From positions 2,944,001 through 3,008,000 of the forward strand of contig OZ220691.1 of NCBI GenBank assembly GCA_965116475.1: a stretch of 64,000 nt of DNA, given 5' to 3'. Under the pieces are notes generated by a model. It ran no database searches. It worked only from the letters and a program-made list of their open reading frames with translations, and had not been told where the DNA came from. The stretch's first letter is position 1. Every line of letters starts with the position of its first letter. The position numbers and the translations under genes are program-made. Shown one piece after another: positions 38,182 to 47,825 of the stretch. The stretch is from Gemmatimonadota bacterium. GTDB taxonomy: Bacteria > Gemmatimonadota > Gemmatimonadetes > Palauibacterales > Palauibacteraceae.

Positions 38182-38846
38182 CATCCGCTCCCGTGGATCC
38201 GAGCCGGGCGGTCGAAGATTACCTGAAGGCCGTCTACAAGCTCCAGCAGGCCGGCGACCCTGTCTCCACGACGGCGCTGGCCGGGGAACTCGACCGCTCC
38301 GCGGCGTCCGTCACGAACATGGTCAAGAGCCTGGCGGCGCAGGGGCTCCTCCGGCATACCCCCTACCGGGGCGTGCTCCTCACGGCCGCCGGAGAGGCGG
38401 CGGCGCTACGGATCATCCGCAGGCATCGGGTGATCGAACTGTATCTGATCGAGAGGCTGGGCTTCTCCTGGGAGGATGTGCACGCAGAGGCCGAGCGGCT
38501 CGAGCACGCCGCCTCGGAAGCGCTCATCGACCGGATGGCGCAGGCGCTGGGGGAGCCGTCGATCGACCCCCATGGCAGCCCGATTCCGACGCGGGACGGC
38601 GAACTCGCGCAGACCGAGTGGATCCCCCTCGCGGAGTTGAAGGGAGGGCGCGGCGTCGTCCGCGAGGTCTCCGACCGGAGTCCGCGGACGCTGCGGGAAC
38701 TCGCCGCGCTGGGGCTCTTCCCGGGCACGCGCATACGGTGCCTGGGCGAGCGGGCGGGGGGCGCCGCCCGCCTCGAAGTGGACGACCGCTCTTTCGATGT
38801 CGAACCCGTCCTCGCGCGCGCCGTCTTCGTCGAACGCGAGCCCTAG
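38178..38846 (+). CDS. DtxR/MntR-family metal-dependent regulator with FeoA-like C-terminus
   Basis: EDYLKAVY, SVTNMVK, RRHRVIELYL, VHAEAERLEH, DPHGSPIP. Confidence 0.93.
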   Translation: MTSAPVDPSRAVEDYLKAVYKLQQAGDPVSTTALAGELDRSAASVTNMVKSLAAQGLLRHTPYRGVLLTAAGEAAALRIIRRHRVIELYLIERLGFSWEDVHAEAERLEHAASEALIDRMAQALGEPSIDPHGSPIPTRDGELAQTEWIPLAELKGGRGVVREVSDRSPRTLRELAALGLFPGTRIRCLGERAGGAARLEVDDRSFDVEPVLARAVFVEREP

Positions 38847-38864
38847 GTCGAACGCGAGCCCTGG
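38829..38864. repeat. 18-bp tandem duplication across two convergent stop codons
   Basis: GTCGAACGCGAGCCCTAG then GTCGAACGCGAGCCCTGG. Confidence 0.9.
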
Positions 38865-39637
38865 CCCGCTCTTCCCAGCGGCTGGGGGTCCAGCAGGGCG
38901 GGGAGGACCGTGCCGGCCTCGCCGCGCAGTGCCGCCGCCGCGACCTCCGTGAGCGCGGTCCGCCGCACATTGATCTCCATGATGAGCCCGCCGGCTTCGC
39001 GCGTCGCGAGGGGAAGCGCGGCGGCGGGGTAGACGACGGCGCTCGTCCCGACGACGAGACACAGGTCTGCCCGCTCCGCCAGCCGGCGCGCGCGGTCCAG
39101 CAGTTCCGGGTCGAGCGTCTCCCCGAAGAGGACGACATCGGGTCGCCGCAGCCCCCCGCAGCCGGAACAGCGGGGGAGCGTCTCGCCGAGCGGCTCGGCG
39201 GGCCAGCGCGCCGCGCACGACTGGCAGCGGTCGCGCCCCACCGCGCCGTGAAGTTCGAGCGGCAGCGCCGCCTCCGCGGGATCCTCGCCCGCCTCTTCGA
39301 GCGCGGCGCGGGTGTGGAGGCCATCGACGTTCTGCGTCACGAGTCCGGCCTCCCCGCGCCGCAGGAAGAAGCGCGCCAGCGCCCGGTGCCCCTCGTTGGG
39401 CCGGCAGTCCGCGAGCGCCGAGCGCCGCCAGGCGTACCACTCGAGCACGGTCCGCGGATCGTGCTCGAGCGCTTCGGGCGTGGCGAGTTCCTCCGGGCGG
39501 TAGCTCTTCCACAGCCCGCCGGCGTCCCGGAACGTCGGCACGCCCGACTCGGCCGAAATCCCCGCTCCCGTCAGCGCGACCACGCGCCGGGCGTCCCGCA
39601 CGAGTCGGCGCGCCCGTCGCCATTGACCCTGTTCCAT
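38843..39637 (-). CDS. cobB: NAD-dependent deacylase (sirtuin)
   Basis: GAGISAESGVPTFR, TQNVDGLH, LHG, two CxxC, RPDVVLFGE, GTSAVVYPAA. Confidence 0.93.
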   Translation of the reverse strand: MEQGQWRRARRLVRDARRVVALTGAGISAESGVPTFRDAGGLWKSYRPEELATPEALEHDPRTVLEWYAWRRSALADCRPNEGHRALARFFLRRGEAGLVTQNVDGLHTRAALEEAGEDPAEAALPLELHGAVGRDRCQSCAARWPAEPLGETLPRCSGCGGLRRPDVVLFGETLDPELLDRARRLAERADLCLVVGTSAVVYPAAALPLATREAGGLIMEINVRRTALTEVAAAALRGEAGTVLPALLDPQPLGRAGQGSRST

Positions 39638-39746
39638 CGTCTCCCGATCTTGTGACCCCGACCTCAAACCCGGGCCCGCATGCCGCGCCCGAGCCCGCAG
39701 CGCCGCCCCGAAGGACGACGAACCGGACAACACGGACGATGAACGC

Positions 39747-39995
39747 GTGAGCATGAGAATCAAGGCCGAGGGAGACGTGTGGCGGGCGGAACTCGCCGAG
39801 GAAGCTGGAGAGCGCGTCGTCCTCTTCTTCTGCCAGAGCACCGACCAGCGCCCCTACCGGGTGGTTCGCCTGGACGCGGATCGGTCCGGCGGGAGTGAAG
39901 CCCTGGAGGAGATGTCCGAGGAGGAACTCCGGGATCTGTTCGAGGCCTCCCGTTCGATGGGGATCCCCCGCGACTATCCGACCTACAGTCGGTGA
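39747..39995 (+). CDS. small hypothetical protein
   Basis: Typical codon usage; GTGA coupling to the next gene. Confidence 0.6.
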   Translation: MSMRIKAEGDVWRAELAEEAGERVVLFFCQSTDQRPYRVVRLDADRSGGSEALEEMSEEELRDLFEASRSMGIPRDYPTYSR

Positions 39996-40879
39996 ACGTC
40001 CCCGTCGCCGGCCGGACGGTCCCCGGGCCCGGAACGGGTCCGTGCGTCGATTTGCACATGCACTCGACCGCCAGCGACGGGACAGTCCCCCCGGCCGACG
40101 TGGCCCGTGCCGTGGCCGACGCCGGCCTCGACGGATTCTCGCTGACGGACCATGACACGACGCAGGGCCTGGCCGAGGCGGAGACGGCGGCGCGAGCACT
40201 CGGTCTCCGCTTCCTGCCCGGGGCGGAGCTGTCCGCGAACGAACCCGGCCGGTCCGTGCACCTCCTCGCCTACGGGTTCGATGCGGCCGATCCCGACCTG
40301 CAGGCGTTCCTCGCCAGTTACCGCGAGGATCGGCTCCGGCGCGCACGCGAGATTGTCGAACGGCTGCAGGCCGCGGGCGCCCACGTGACCTGGGAGGACG
40401 TGGAACTCCAGGCGGGCGCAGCGGCCCCGACCCGAGCCCACGTCGGCCGGGCGGTCGTGGCCCGCGGCGCGGCCGCCGACATCAACGAGGCGTTCCGGCG
40501 CTACCTCTCGCGAGGACGTCCCGCGCACGTCGGCAAGGAACCTACGCCGCCGAAGGCCGTATTCGATTGCGTACACGCGGCGGGCGGCGTCGTCTGCCTC
40601 GCGCACCCGGGCAGGACGCACGGCGAGGACGATGTCCGCCGCTGGGCGAGCGAGGGTCTGGATGGCGTCGAGGTCGTCCACCCCGCGAATCCCCCGGCCG
40701 TGCAGAGCCGCATGAACGCCCTGGCCGGCGAACTCGGCCTGCTCCGCTGCGGCGGCTCGGATTGGCACGGGCCCGACGCGGGCCGAAGGGGGGTGCCCGG
40801 GTGGGCGCACGTGCCCATGCGGTGGCTGGATGAGCTGGCCCGCAGGTCGTGCCGGAAGGCGGACCGGCGGCCGGCCTGA
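39992..40879 (+). CDS. PHP-domain phosphoesterase
   Basis: DLHMHSTASDG, LTDHD, HLLAY, LAHP, GGSDWHG. Confidence 0.9.
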   Translation: MNVPVAGRTVPGPGTGPCVDLHMHSTASDGTVPPADVARAVADAGLDGFSLTDHDTTQGLAEAETAARALGLRFLPGAELSANEPGRSVHLLAYGFDAADPDLQAFLASYREDRLRRAREIVERLQAAGAHVTWEDVELQAGAAAPTRAHVGRAVVARGAAADINEAFRRYLSRGRPAHVGKEPTPPKAVFDCVHAAGGVVCLAHPGRTHGEDDVRRWASEGLDGVEVVHPANPPAVQSRMNALAGELGLLRCGGSDWHGPDAGRRGVPGWAHVPMRWLDELARRSCRKADRRPA

Positions 40880-40941
40880 GGCGCCGCCGCCGCGCTGCGC
40901 CGGTGAGACTCCCGCGCTGCGTTAGGGAGAAATGACGCAGC

Positions 40942-40965
40942 CGGTTATCTTGTCGGTTATCTTGA
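40942..40965. repeat. 12-bp tandem repeat CGGTTATCTTG(T/A) upstream of the Fe-S carrier gene
   Basis: Read directly; A/T-rich for this genome. Confidence 0.8.
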
Positions 40966-41046
40966 GGGAGAAGAGCGGCGCCGGGAATCCGACGCGCCGG
41001 GTACCGAAGCGATGCCGGCAGATAGGCACATGCAGGCAAGGGCGGT

Positions 41047-41406
41047 ATGAGCGAAATAGCAGAGGCCACGCGGTCGGCCGAACCCATCGTCAATCTGACG
41101 CCCGAGGCGGCCGCCAAGGTCAGGGAGTTCCAGGCCGGGACGGACGCGGAAACGGTCCTGAGGGTGAGCGTGATTCCGGGCGGGTGTTCCGGTTTCGAAT
41201 ACGGGCTGGACGTGGACACGTCGGTGCGCGAGGACGATTTCACCTTCGAGTCGGAGGGGGTGCCCGTCGTCATCGATCCGTTCAGCGCGCAGTACCTGGC
41301 CGGACTCTCCATCGGATACCACAGTTCGTTTCAGGGCACGGGCTTCACGTTCGAGAATCCGAACGCGACCGGGAGTTGCGGCTGCGGGACCTCTTTCGCC
41401 GTCTAG
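41047..41406 (+). CDS. A-type Fe-S carrier (HesB/IscA/ErpA family)
   Basis: GGCSGFEY, NPNATGSCGCGTSF. Confidence 0.95.
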   Translation: MSEIAEATRSAEPIVNLTPEAAAKVREFQAGTDAETVLRVSVIPGGCSGFEYGLDVDTSVREDDFTFESEGVPVVIDPFSAQYLAGLSIGYHSSFQGTGFTFENPNATGSCGCGTSFAV

Positions 41407-41469
41407 CGAACCGTGGCCCTGGAAGTCTCGTGCGGACGCCCGGGTCCGGGTCCGCGGGTGCGGGGCACG

Positions 41470-42087
41470 ATGCCGTTTCGCGTCGGATTGACCGGCACGG
41501 TGGCCGCCGGCAAGAGCACCGTGGCCCGCAGCCTGGCGGCACGGGGCGCCACGGTCATCGATTCCGACGAACTTGCGCGCGAGGTCGTGCGTCCGGGGTC
41601 CCCGGCACACGCCCGCGTCCGCGAGGCGTTCGGGAGCGGCGTCATCGGCCCCGACGGGGCCATCGACCGATCCGCCCTCCGGGACGCGGCCTTTGCCGAC
41701 GAACAGGCCCGCCAACGCCTCGAGGAGATCTCTCACGCCGGCATCCGTGAACTCCGGGCCCGCCGGATCGCCGAAGCGGCGGCGGCCGGCGCGCGCGTGG
41801 TCGTCGAGGAAATCCCCCTCCTGTTCGAGGTCGGCCTGGAAGACGACTACGACATGATCGTCGTCGTGGATGCGCCGCGAGAGGTGCGCGAGGCGCGGGC
41901 GCTGGCGTCCCGAGGATGGACCGCGGAGGACTTCGCCGCCATCGATGCCGCGCAGCTTGCGGCGTCGGAGAAGCGGCGCCGGGCCGACCGCGTGCTCGAC
42001 AACCGGAGCGATCCCGGCGCACTGGACACCGCGGCGGGCGGACTGTGGCGGGAGATCCTGCGGGCGGCCGGCGAGGGCGGGTCTTGA
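41470..42087 (+). CDS. coaE: dephospho-CoA kinase
   Basis: VGLTGTVAAGKSTV, IDSD, IPLLFE. Confidence 0.92.
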   Translation: MPFRVGLTGTVAAGKSTVARSLAARGATVIDSDELAREVVRPGSPAHARVREAFGSGVIGPDGAIDRSALRDAAFADEQARQRLEEISHAGIRELRARRIAEAAAAGARVVVEEIPLLFEVGLEDDYDMIVVVDAPREVREARALASRGWTAEDFAAIDAAQLAASEKRRRADRVLDNRSDPGALDTAAGGLWREILRAAGEGGS

Positions 42088-43118
42088 CCGCATCCCCGAT
42101 GTCGCCGGCGCGTGCGAACGCGCTCGAAGCGATCCGGCGCCGCCTGCGCGACGCCACGTCCGTCGTCCTCACGACCCATGTGAACCCCGATGGCGATGGC
42201 ATCGGCAGCATGGTGGCGCTGGCATCCCGGCTGCTGCGCCACGGGGCCGAAGCCACGATCGTCACGCCGAGCCGGCCGCCGCCTTCGCTCCGATTCCTCC
42301 TCAGGGACATCCCGGCGCTCGTCGAGGAGGACCCGGCAGCCGCGGACCCGCTGAACGGGGCCGACACGCTCGCCATCCTCGACACCGCCGAACCGAAGCG
42401 TCTCGGCAGCCTGCCCGGGCATGCGGAGCGGACGGGAGGCGTCCTGATCGACCATCACCCGCCCGTGGGGTCTCCGCTCGTGACGCCGGCGATCCGCGAT
42501 CCCTCCGCCTGCGCGACGGGCGAACTGGTCTACGACCTGCTCTCCCTCGACGACGACGGGCTCACGCGAACGGAAGCGGAAGCCCTGTACACGGCGATCT
42601 CGACGGATACGGGGTCATTCCGTTTCTCGAACACCTCCCCCCGCGCGCACGCCATCGCGAGCGAGCTGCTGGCGACGGGGGTGGATACGGGTGCGCTCTT
42701 CCGTGAACTGTACGGCGTGTACAGCCGGGGGCGACTGGCCCTCATGCGGCTGGCCCTCGAGGGTCTGGAAGTCGATCCTCGCGCTCCCATCGCCTGGATC
42801 GCGCTCGATCGCCGGGCGCTCTCGAGGACCGGGGCGCGAAGCGAGGACATGGAAGGTCTGGTCGAGTTCCCGCGCCGGCTCGCGGGAATGGAGGTCGGGC
42901 TCCTCTTCCGCGGACTCGCGCGCAATCGGACGAAGGTGTCGCTGCGTTCGAACGGGGAGGTGGACGTGTCCGGCGTCGCGCAACTCCTCGGCGGCGGCGG
43001 ACACGCGAAGGCTTCCGGCGTCCTCATTGAACTCGACCTGGACGAGGCGGTGCGGGTCGTACTGGACGCGTTGCGGCCGCTCGCGGAAGCGGCCGTCGCC
43101 TCGAAGCGGGATCGGTAG
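42084..43118 (+). CDS. nrnA: DHH/DHHA1 phosphoesterase (oligoribonuclease/PAP phosphatase)
   Basis: THVNPDGD, IDHH, TDTGSF, SLRS, GGGGH. Confidence 0.88.
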   Translation: MTASPMSPARANALEAIRRRLRDATSVVLTTHVNPDGDGIGSMVALASRLLRHGAEATIVTPSRPPPSLRFLLRDIPALVEEDPAAADPLNGADTLAILDTAEPKRLGSLPGHAERTGGVLIDHHPPVGSPLVTPAIRDPSACATGELVYDLLSLDDDGLTRTEAEALYTAISTDTGSFRFSNTSPRAHAIASELLATGVDTGALFRELYGVYSRGRLALMRLALEGLEVDPRAPIAWIALDRRALSRTGARSEDMEGLVEFPRRLAGMEVGLLFRGLARNRTKVSLRSNGEVDVSGVAQLLGGGGHAKASGVLIELDLDEAVRVVLDALRPLAEAAVASKRDR

Positions 43119-43242
43119 CGACCGGCGCGCGGACGGGCACTTCGGATTGCCTCCGTCCGGGAGTCCGGCGTATGTTGTGGGGGTGCCGTGCGTTCGGGGC
43201 TGCCGGTAGCGGGGCCCGGGGTGGGGATTCGGCGGGGAGGGT

Positions 43243-43695
43243 GTGATGGACGCGAAAGTCACCAGGGACATGCCGCACGCAGGGAACGGGGTCATGGAGG
43301 ATCCTGGTTCTCGCGCGGCCCGGCTCGGCGACCTCAGTCGGCGCATTCCTCCGCCCCGCATCGCGGATGTGTGGCTCTTTCCGCCGCTCCCCCAGGTCGA
43401 GGAATCTTCCGAGTTCTTCCTCTTCACGAGCATCCTCGAAGACGGCGGGCGCGCCCTCTACAGCGCCCGCATGGTGCCGGCCAACGGCACGCCCTCCCAC
43501 CAGGTGGTCGTGGAGCACGGGCGGGCGCCGGCGAACCGCGTGCCCGGCCTGGTGGCCGGATTGCAGCGGCGGCTTGGACAGCCCGCCGCCGTCCGTCACA
43601 TCCCGATCGAAGGTGACGGCGCGCGCTGGGAAGCCTTCCTGGAACAGTCACGGGAGGCGGATGCCTCCGTTGATCCCGCCGGACAGGGTCGTTAG
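43243..43695 (+). CDS. hypothetical protein
   Basis: GGAGG RBS, typical codon usage; start uncertain. Confidence 0.6.
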   Translation: MMDAKVTRDMPHAGNGVMEDPGSRAARLGDLSRRIPPPRIADVWLFPPLPQVEESSEFFLFTSILEDGGRALYSARMVPANGTPSHQVVVEHGRAPANRVPGLVAGLQRRLGQPAAVRHIPIEGDGARWEAFLEQSREADASVDPAGQGR

Positions 43696-43765
43696 CTTCG
43701 GCGAACGCGAGGATCGGCCGCGATGGCCGAACGTTGGCCTTGTTCCCCGACAGTGTGATGGTTAA

Positions 43766-44212
43766 GTGAGTCCTCCCGAAACGCCACGCCGAGGCGTGTC
43801 CCGAGACGAGTTGCGTCGCGCCCTCGAGGCCGGTGGACACCGGTTTACGATCCAGCGCGCGGCCGTGTACCGCGTGCTCTCCGGCACGTCCTCGCATCCG
43901 ACGGCGGACGACGTTTTCACCTCGGTGCGCGAGCGGATTCCCGACATCAGCCTCGCCACGGTCTACAAGGCGCTCGAGGCCTTCGTGACCTGCGGGGTCG
44001 CGCGCAAGCTCTCGCTCGGCGTGGGTCCGGCGCGCTACGATGGCCGAACCGACGATCACGAACATATCCGCTGTCTCTCCTGCGACCGCGTTCAGGACAT
44101 CGAAGGCCTGCGGCCGCGCGACTGGATGGAGGGACTGGCCGAAATGACGCCGTTCAACGTCGTCGGCTACCGGCTCGAGCTGGAGGGCTACTGCCCCGAC
44201 TGCCTGCACTGA
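43766..44212 (+). CDS. Fur/PerR-family transcriptional regulator
   Basis: TIQR, HPTA, ISLATVYKAL, HEHIRCLSC, GYCPDC. Confidence 0.92.
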   Translation: MSPPETPRRGVSRDELRRALEAGGHRFTIQRAAVYRVLSGTSSHPTADDVFTSVRERIPDISLATVYKALEAFVTCGVARKLSLGVGPARYDGRTDDHEHIRCLSCDRVQDIEGLRPRDWMEGLAEMTPFNVVGYRLELEGYCPDCLH

Positions 44213-45153
44213 ACGGAGTCGATCCGCCCCGCCGTCTCGCGGAGCACGCCTGGACGGACCGCCACAACTTCCTCGATCTCCCGCCTGAATTGTGCCGCTG
44301 GGAGGCGGCGGGCGCCGTCATCCTCCCCATTCCCTACGAAGCGACTACAAGCTGGGGGACGGGTACGCGCGAGGGCCCGGCCGCGATCATCGAGGCGTCC
44401 CGTTACATCGAGTGGTATGACGAGGAACTGGACCGCGAGCCGTACGAAGTCGGCGTATGCACGCTCCCGTCCATCGACCTCGGCACGGCCGGCCCGGAGC
44501 CGGCGATCGCGAGGCTGCGGGCTCTGTACGTTGATCTGCTCGAGGCCGCCGGGAACCGGTTCATCATCGGACTGGGCGGGGAACATTCGATTTCCAGCGC
44601 TCCGGCCGCTGCGTGGGCGGACCGCCTCGACGGCGACGTCACGATTCTACAGTTCGACGCGCACACGGACCTGAGGGATCGCCACCACGACTCTCCGTGG
44701 AACCATGCCTGCGTCATGCGCCGGGCGCTCGAACACCGGTCGAGCGGAGCGAAGCGGGCGGCTGCGGCGGATATCGTAGCGGTCGGGATCCGCGCGCTCA
44801 CGCGGGAGGAGCGGGACGTGATCCGCGATCACCGGATCGAGGTCGTGTTCGCGCACGAGATGCGCCGGCCGGGCTGGGTCGAGCGGGCGGTGGAGGCGCT
44901 GGGGAAGAACGTCTACATCACGTTCGACGTGGACTTCTTCGATCCGTCGCTGATGCCGGCCACCGGCACGCCGGAACCCGGCGGCGGCACCTGGTGGGAC
45001 GCGCTGGATCTGCTCTCCCGGGTCTTCGCCGAGCGCAACGTCGTGGGCGCGGACATCGTGGAACTCGCCCCGCGGCGGGGCGAGGAGGCCTCGGCCTTCA
45101 CTGCGGCGAAGCTCGCCTACAAGATGATCGGGTTCTGGTCGGAGTACCGGTAA
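44209..45153 (+). CDS. speB: agmatinase
   Basis: GGEHS, FDAHTDLR, DVDFFDPS, TGTPEPGG, VELAP; start placed at CTG 44209 by inference (first standard start is TTG 44290). Confidence 0.88.
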   Translation: MNGVDPPRRLAEHAWTDRHNFLDLPPELCRWEAAGAVILPIPYEATTSWGTGTREGPAAIIEASRYIEWYDEELDREPYEVGVCTLPSIDLGTAGPEPAIARLRALYVDLLEAAGNRFIIGLGGEHSISSAPAAAWADRLDGDVTILQFDAHTDLRDRHHDSPWNHACVMRRALEHRSSGAKRAAAADIVAVGIRALTREERDVIRDHRIEVVFAHEMRRPGWVERAVEALGKNVYITFDVDFFDPSLMPATGTPEPGGGTWWDALDLLSRVFAERNVVGADIVELAPRRGEEASAFTAAKLAYKMIGFWSEYR

Positions 45154-45177
45154 CCCCTGCCGGTAACGCCGCAGTGG

Positions 45178-46959
45178 TCAGGCGCTGGCGACGCGCCGCT
45201 GTTCGATGCGCTCGAGTTCCTCGGCCACGAGCTGGCGGCGCAGCAGGCGCGCGTAGACGCCATCGGCCGCGATCAGATCTTCATGTACGCCGCGTTCGAC
45301 GAGGCGTCCGTCTTCCAGGACGAGGATCATGTCGGCGGTGCGCACCGCCGACACGCGGTGAGAGACGATGATGGAGGTGCGCCCGGCCATGTATTCGCGC
45401 AGCGCCTCCAGGATCGCGGTTTCCGTCTCCGAATCCACGGCCGACAGGGCGTCGTCCAGGATGAGCAGCGGCGCGTCGCGGTGGACTGCCCGCGCCAGCG
45501 TGGCCCGCTGTTTCTGTCCGCCCGAGAGGTTGATCCCGCGCTCGCCCAGGCGCGTGTCGATCCCGTCCGGAAGGATGGCGAGCGTCTTCTCCAGCTGCGA
45601 AACGGCGAGCGCGCTGCGGAGTTCGTCCGAGACCGGCTCCCCCGCATCCTTCTCTCCGGGCACGAGTTCGATGTTCGTCCTCAGCCGCATGCTGAACAGG
45701 AACGGCTCCTGCGGGACGAATGCCATCGAGGCGCGCAGGGAACCCACGTCGAGTTCCCGGACATCCACGCCATCGAGGCGAATCGTCCCCGCCGTCACGT
45801 CGTAGAGACGGGGGATGAGCGCGGCCAGCGTGGATTTTCCGCTCGCGGTCGCGCCGACGATGGCGACCGTCTGCCCGGGTTCGATGCGGAAGGAGATGTC
45901 CCGCAGCACGTCGCGCTCCGTGCCCGGATAGCGGAAGGAGACGGCGTCGAACTCCAGCGCTCCCCGCACGGACGTCAGCGAGACCGGCGACTCCGGGTCC
46001 CGGACGGCGGGGACGATATCGAACAGTTCGTTGAGGCGGCCCATCGAGGCGGCCCCCCGCTGGAAGAGGTTCGTGACCCAGCCGAGGGCGATCATGGGCC
46101 ACATCAGCATCGTGAGGTAGAAGGAGAAGGCGACGAAATCGCCGAGCGTGATGGCGCCGCGGACGACCTGCCCGCCGCCGAACCAAAGGACGACGACCGC
46201 GCCGACGCCCGTGAAGAACATGAGCGACGGGTGGAACAGCCCCCACACGCGGGCGAGGGAGAGATTGCGCGACTTGTAGCCGCGGTTGAGGGTCTCGAAA
46301 CGTCGCGTTTGCGCCTCCTCGCGCACGTACGCCTTCACGATGCGGGTCCCGGCCAGATTTTCCTGGGCGAAGTTGGAGATCTCCGAGAACTGGGCCTGGA
46401 TTCTCTCGAAGCGTTCATGGATCTGTCGGCCGAAGACGAACACGATGGGGGGGAGGACGACCATCGGAATCATCGCCCACAGCGTGAGCATGGGATCGAT
46501 CCAGATCATGAGCCCGAGCGCCAGCGTCGCGACGGTGGCGGTATTCACCGCGTACATGATCGCGGGTCCGGCGACCATGCGGACCGCCTGGACGTCGTTC
46601 GTCGCCCGGCTCACGAGATCGCCGGTCCGCCAGGCGTCGAAGAACTGCGGCGGAAGCCGGAGCAGGTGCGCGAAGAGGGCGCTCCGGACATCGGTCTCCA
46701 TTCGGCGGCTCAGCCCGTTCAGGAGCTTCCGCATCCAGAATCTCGTCGCGCCGGCCACGACGGAGATCGCCGTGAGGACGAGGGCGTAGCGCAGGATGAG
46801 GTCGGCGCGGAGTTCCCTCTCCAGCGCGTCGATCGCCATCTTGAGCACCCACGGGCCCGCGACCGTGAACAGATTGCTCACGATCACGAGCGTGAGCCCG
46901 GCCGCGATTCCCACGCGGTACGGGCGGAAGTAGGGTAGCAGCGCTCTGAGCGATTTCAC
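45178..46959 (-). CDS. ABC exporter, fused TMD-NBD (MdlA/YheI-like)
   Basis: TM domain, Walker A GATASGKS, LSGGQKQR, ILDDALSAVD, SHR. Confidence 0.92.
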   Translation of the reverse strand: MKSLRALLPYFRPYRVGIAAGLTLVIVSNLFTVAGPWVLKMAIDALERELRADLILRYALVLTAISVVAGATRFWMRKLLNGLSRRMETDVRSALFAHLLRLPPQFFDAWRTGDLVSRATNDVQAVRMVAGPAIMYAVNTATVATLALGLMIWIDPMLTLWAMIPMVVLPPIVFVFGRQIHERFERIQAQFSEISNFAQENLAGTRIVKAYVREEAQTRRFETLNRGYKSRNLSLARVWGLFHPSLMFFTGVGAVVVLWFGGGQVVRGAITLGDFVAFSFYLTMLMWPMIALGWVTNLFQRGAASMGRLNELFDIVPAVRDPESPVSLTSVRGALEFDAVSFRYPGTERDVLRDISFRIEPGQTVAIVGATASGKSTLAALIPRLYDVTAGTIRLDGVDVRELDVGSLRASMAFVPQEPFLFSMRLRTNIELVPGEKDAGEPVSDELRSALAVSQLEKTLAILPDGIDTRLGERGINLSGGQKQRATLARAVHRDAPLLILDDALSAVDSETETAILEALREYMAGRTSIIVSHRVSAVRTADMILVLEDGRLVERGVHEDLIAADGVYARLLRRQLVAEELERIEQRRVASA

Positions 46960-47069
46960 GATGTCTCCGCGTGGGGGCGCCGGGCGTTTATTCTGCGGGG
47001 GCGCCGTTCGAACGTATGTGCGGGTTGCAGGCCGTACAACGACACGATGGAAGGGATGGAAGGGACAGG

Positions 47070-47825
47070 ATGGAACGGACAACGTCAGCGAAGCTCGCCA
47101 CGCTCGCCGCGATAACCGCGATGGTCACGGGCTGTGCACCGGAGATCGGCCCCGGGGCGGAGGGAAGCGCGGATGCGAACGACTCAACGAACGACGCATC
47201 GGCGGAGAGTGCACCGCCCGCATCGCCCGTGCGGCGGATGCCGGCCGCGCCGGTGTCCGAGCCCGGCGGCGCACCTGAAATGACCTATACCATGGTGACG
47301 GTTCAGGCCGGCGCGGAACTCGAGGTCGAACTCCTCGATACGATCCGCACGAGCGACCTTCGGCCCGGGGACCCCGTTCAGTTCGGGGTGACGCGGCCGT
47401 TGATCGAGAACCACATGGTCCTGGTGCCGCTGAACTCGCTGATCAACGGCGAGATCACCGCGGTGGAGGCCGCGCCCGACGCGGGGGGCGTCACTGAAGC
47501 CGGCGGGGCCGGCGAACCGGCCATGGTGAAGGTCCACTTCGTCGATGTCTTCTTCAACGGAAGTGCCTGGCCCCTGTCGGCGTCGGTGGTGGGGGTCATG
47601 CCGGGGCCGGGAGGCGGACCGGCGGCCGGAGGGGCGGCGCGCGTGGATTTGGGCCGCGTCCTCGCCGGCGGCCGTCAAGGCGCCGTCGCGGGCGCCGCGG
47701 CAGGAGCCGCCACCGGTTCCGCGATCCTTCTCGCGGCCGACGGCGCCGGCCCGGCGCTCCCGGCCGGAACGATCCTCAGGCTGCGGCTCGATGAACCCCT
47801 GGTGTTCGGGCTTCCGAACAGTTGA
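47070..47825 (+). CDS. hypothetical lipoprotein with a glycine-zipper segment
   Basis: Lipobox VTG-C, GAVAGAAAGAATG, LPAGTILRLRLDEPL. Confidence 0.65.
   Translation: MERTTSAKLATLAAITAMVTGCAPEIGPGAEGSADANDSTNDASAESAPPASPVRRMPAAPVSEPGGAPEMTYTMVTVQAGAELEVELLDTIRTSDLRPGDPVQFGVTRPLIENHMVLVPLNSLINGEITAVEAAPDAGGVTEAGGAGEPAMVKVHFVDVFFNGSAWPLSASVVGVMPGPGGGPAAGGAARVDLGRVLAGGRQGAVAGAAAGAATGSAILLAADGAGPALPAGTILRLRLDEPLVFGLPNS

Noticed and set aside
38843..39637. Sirtuin as an anti-phage Sir2 effector
   Set aside because: Ordinary CobB-type length and motifs with zinc-binding Cys pairs, in a housekeeping context
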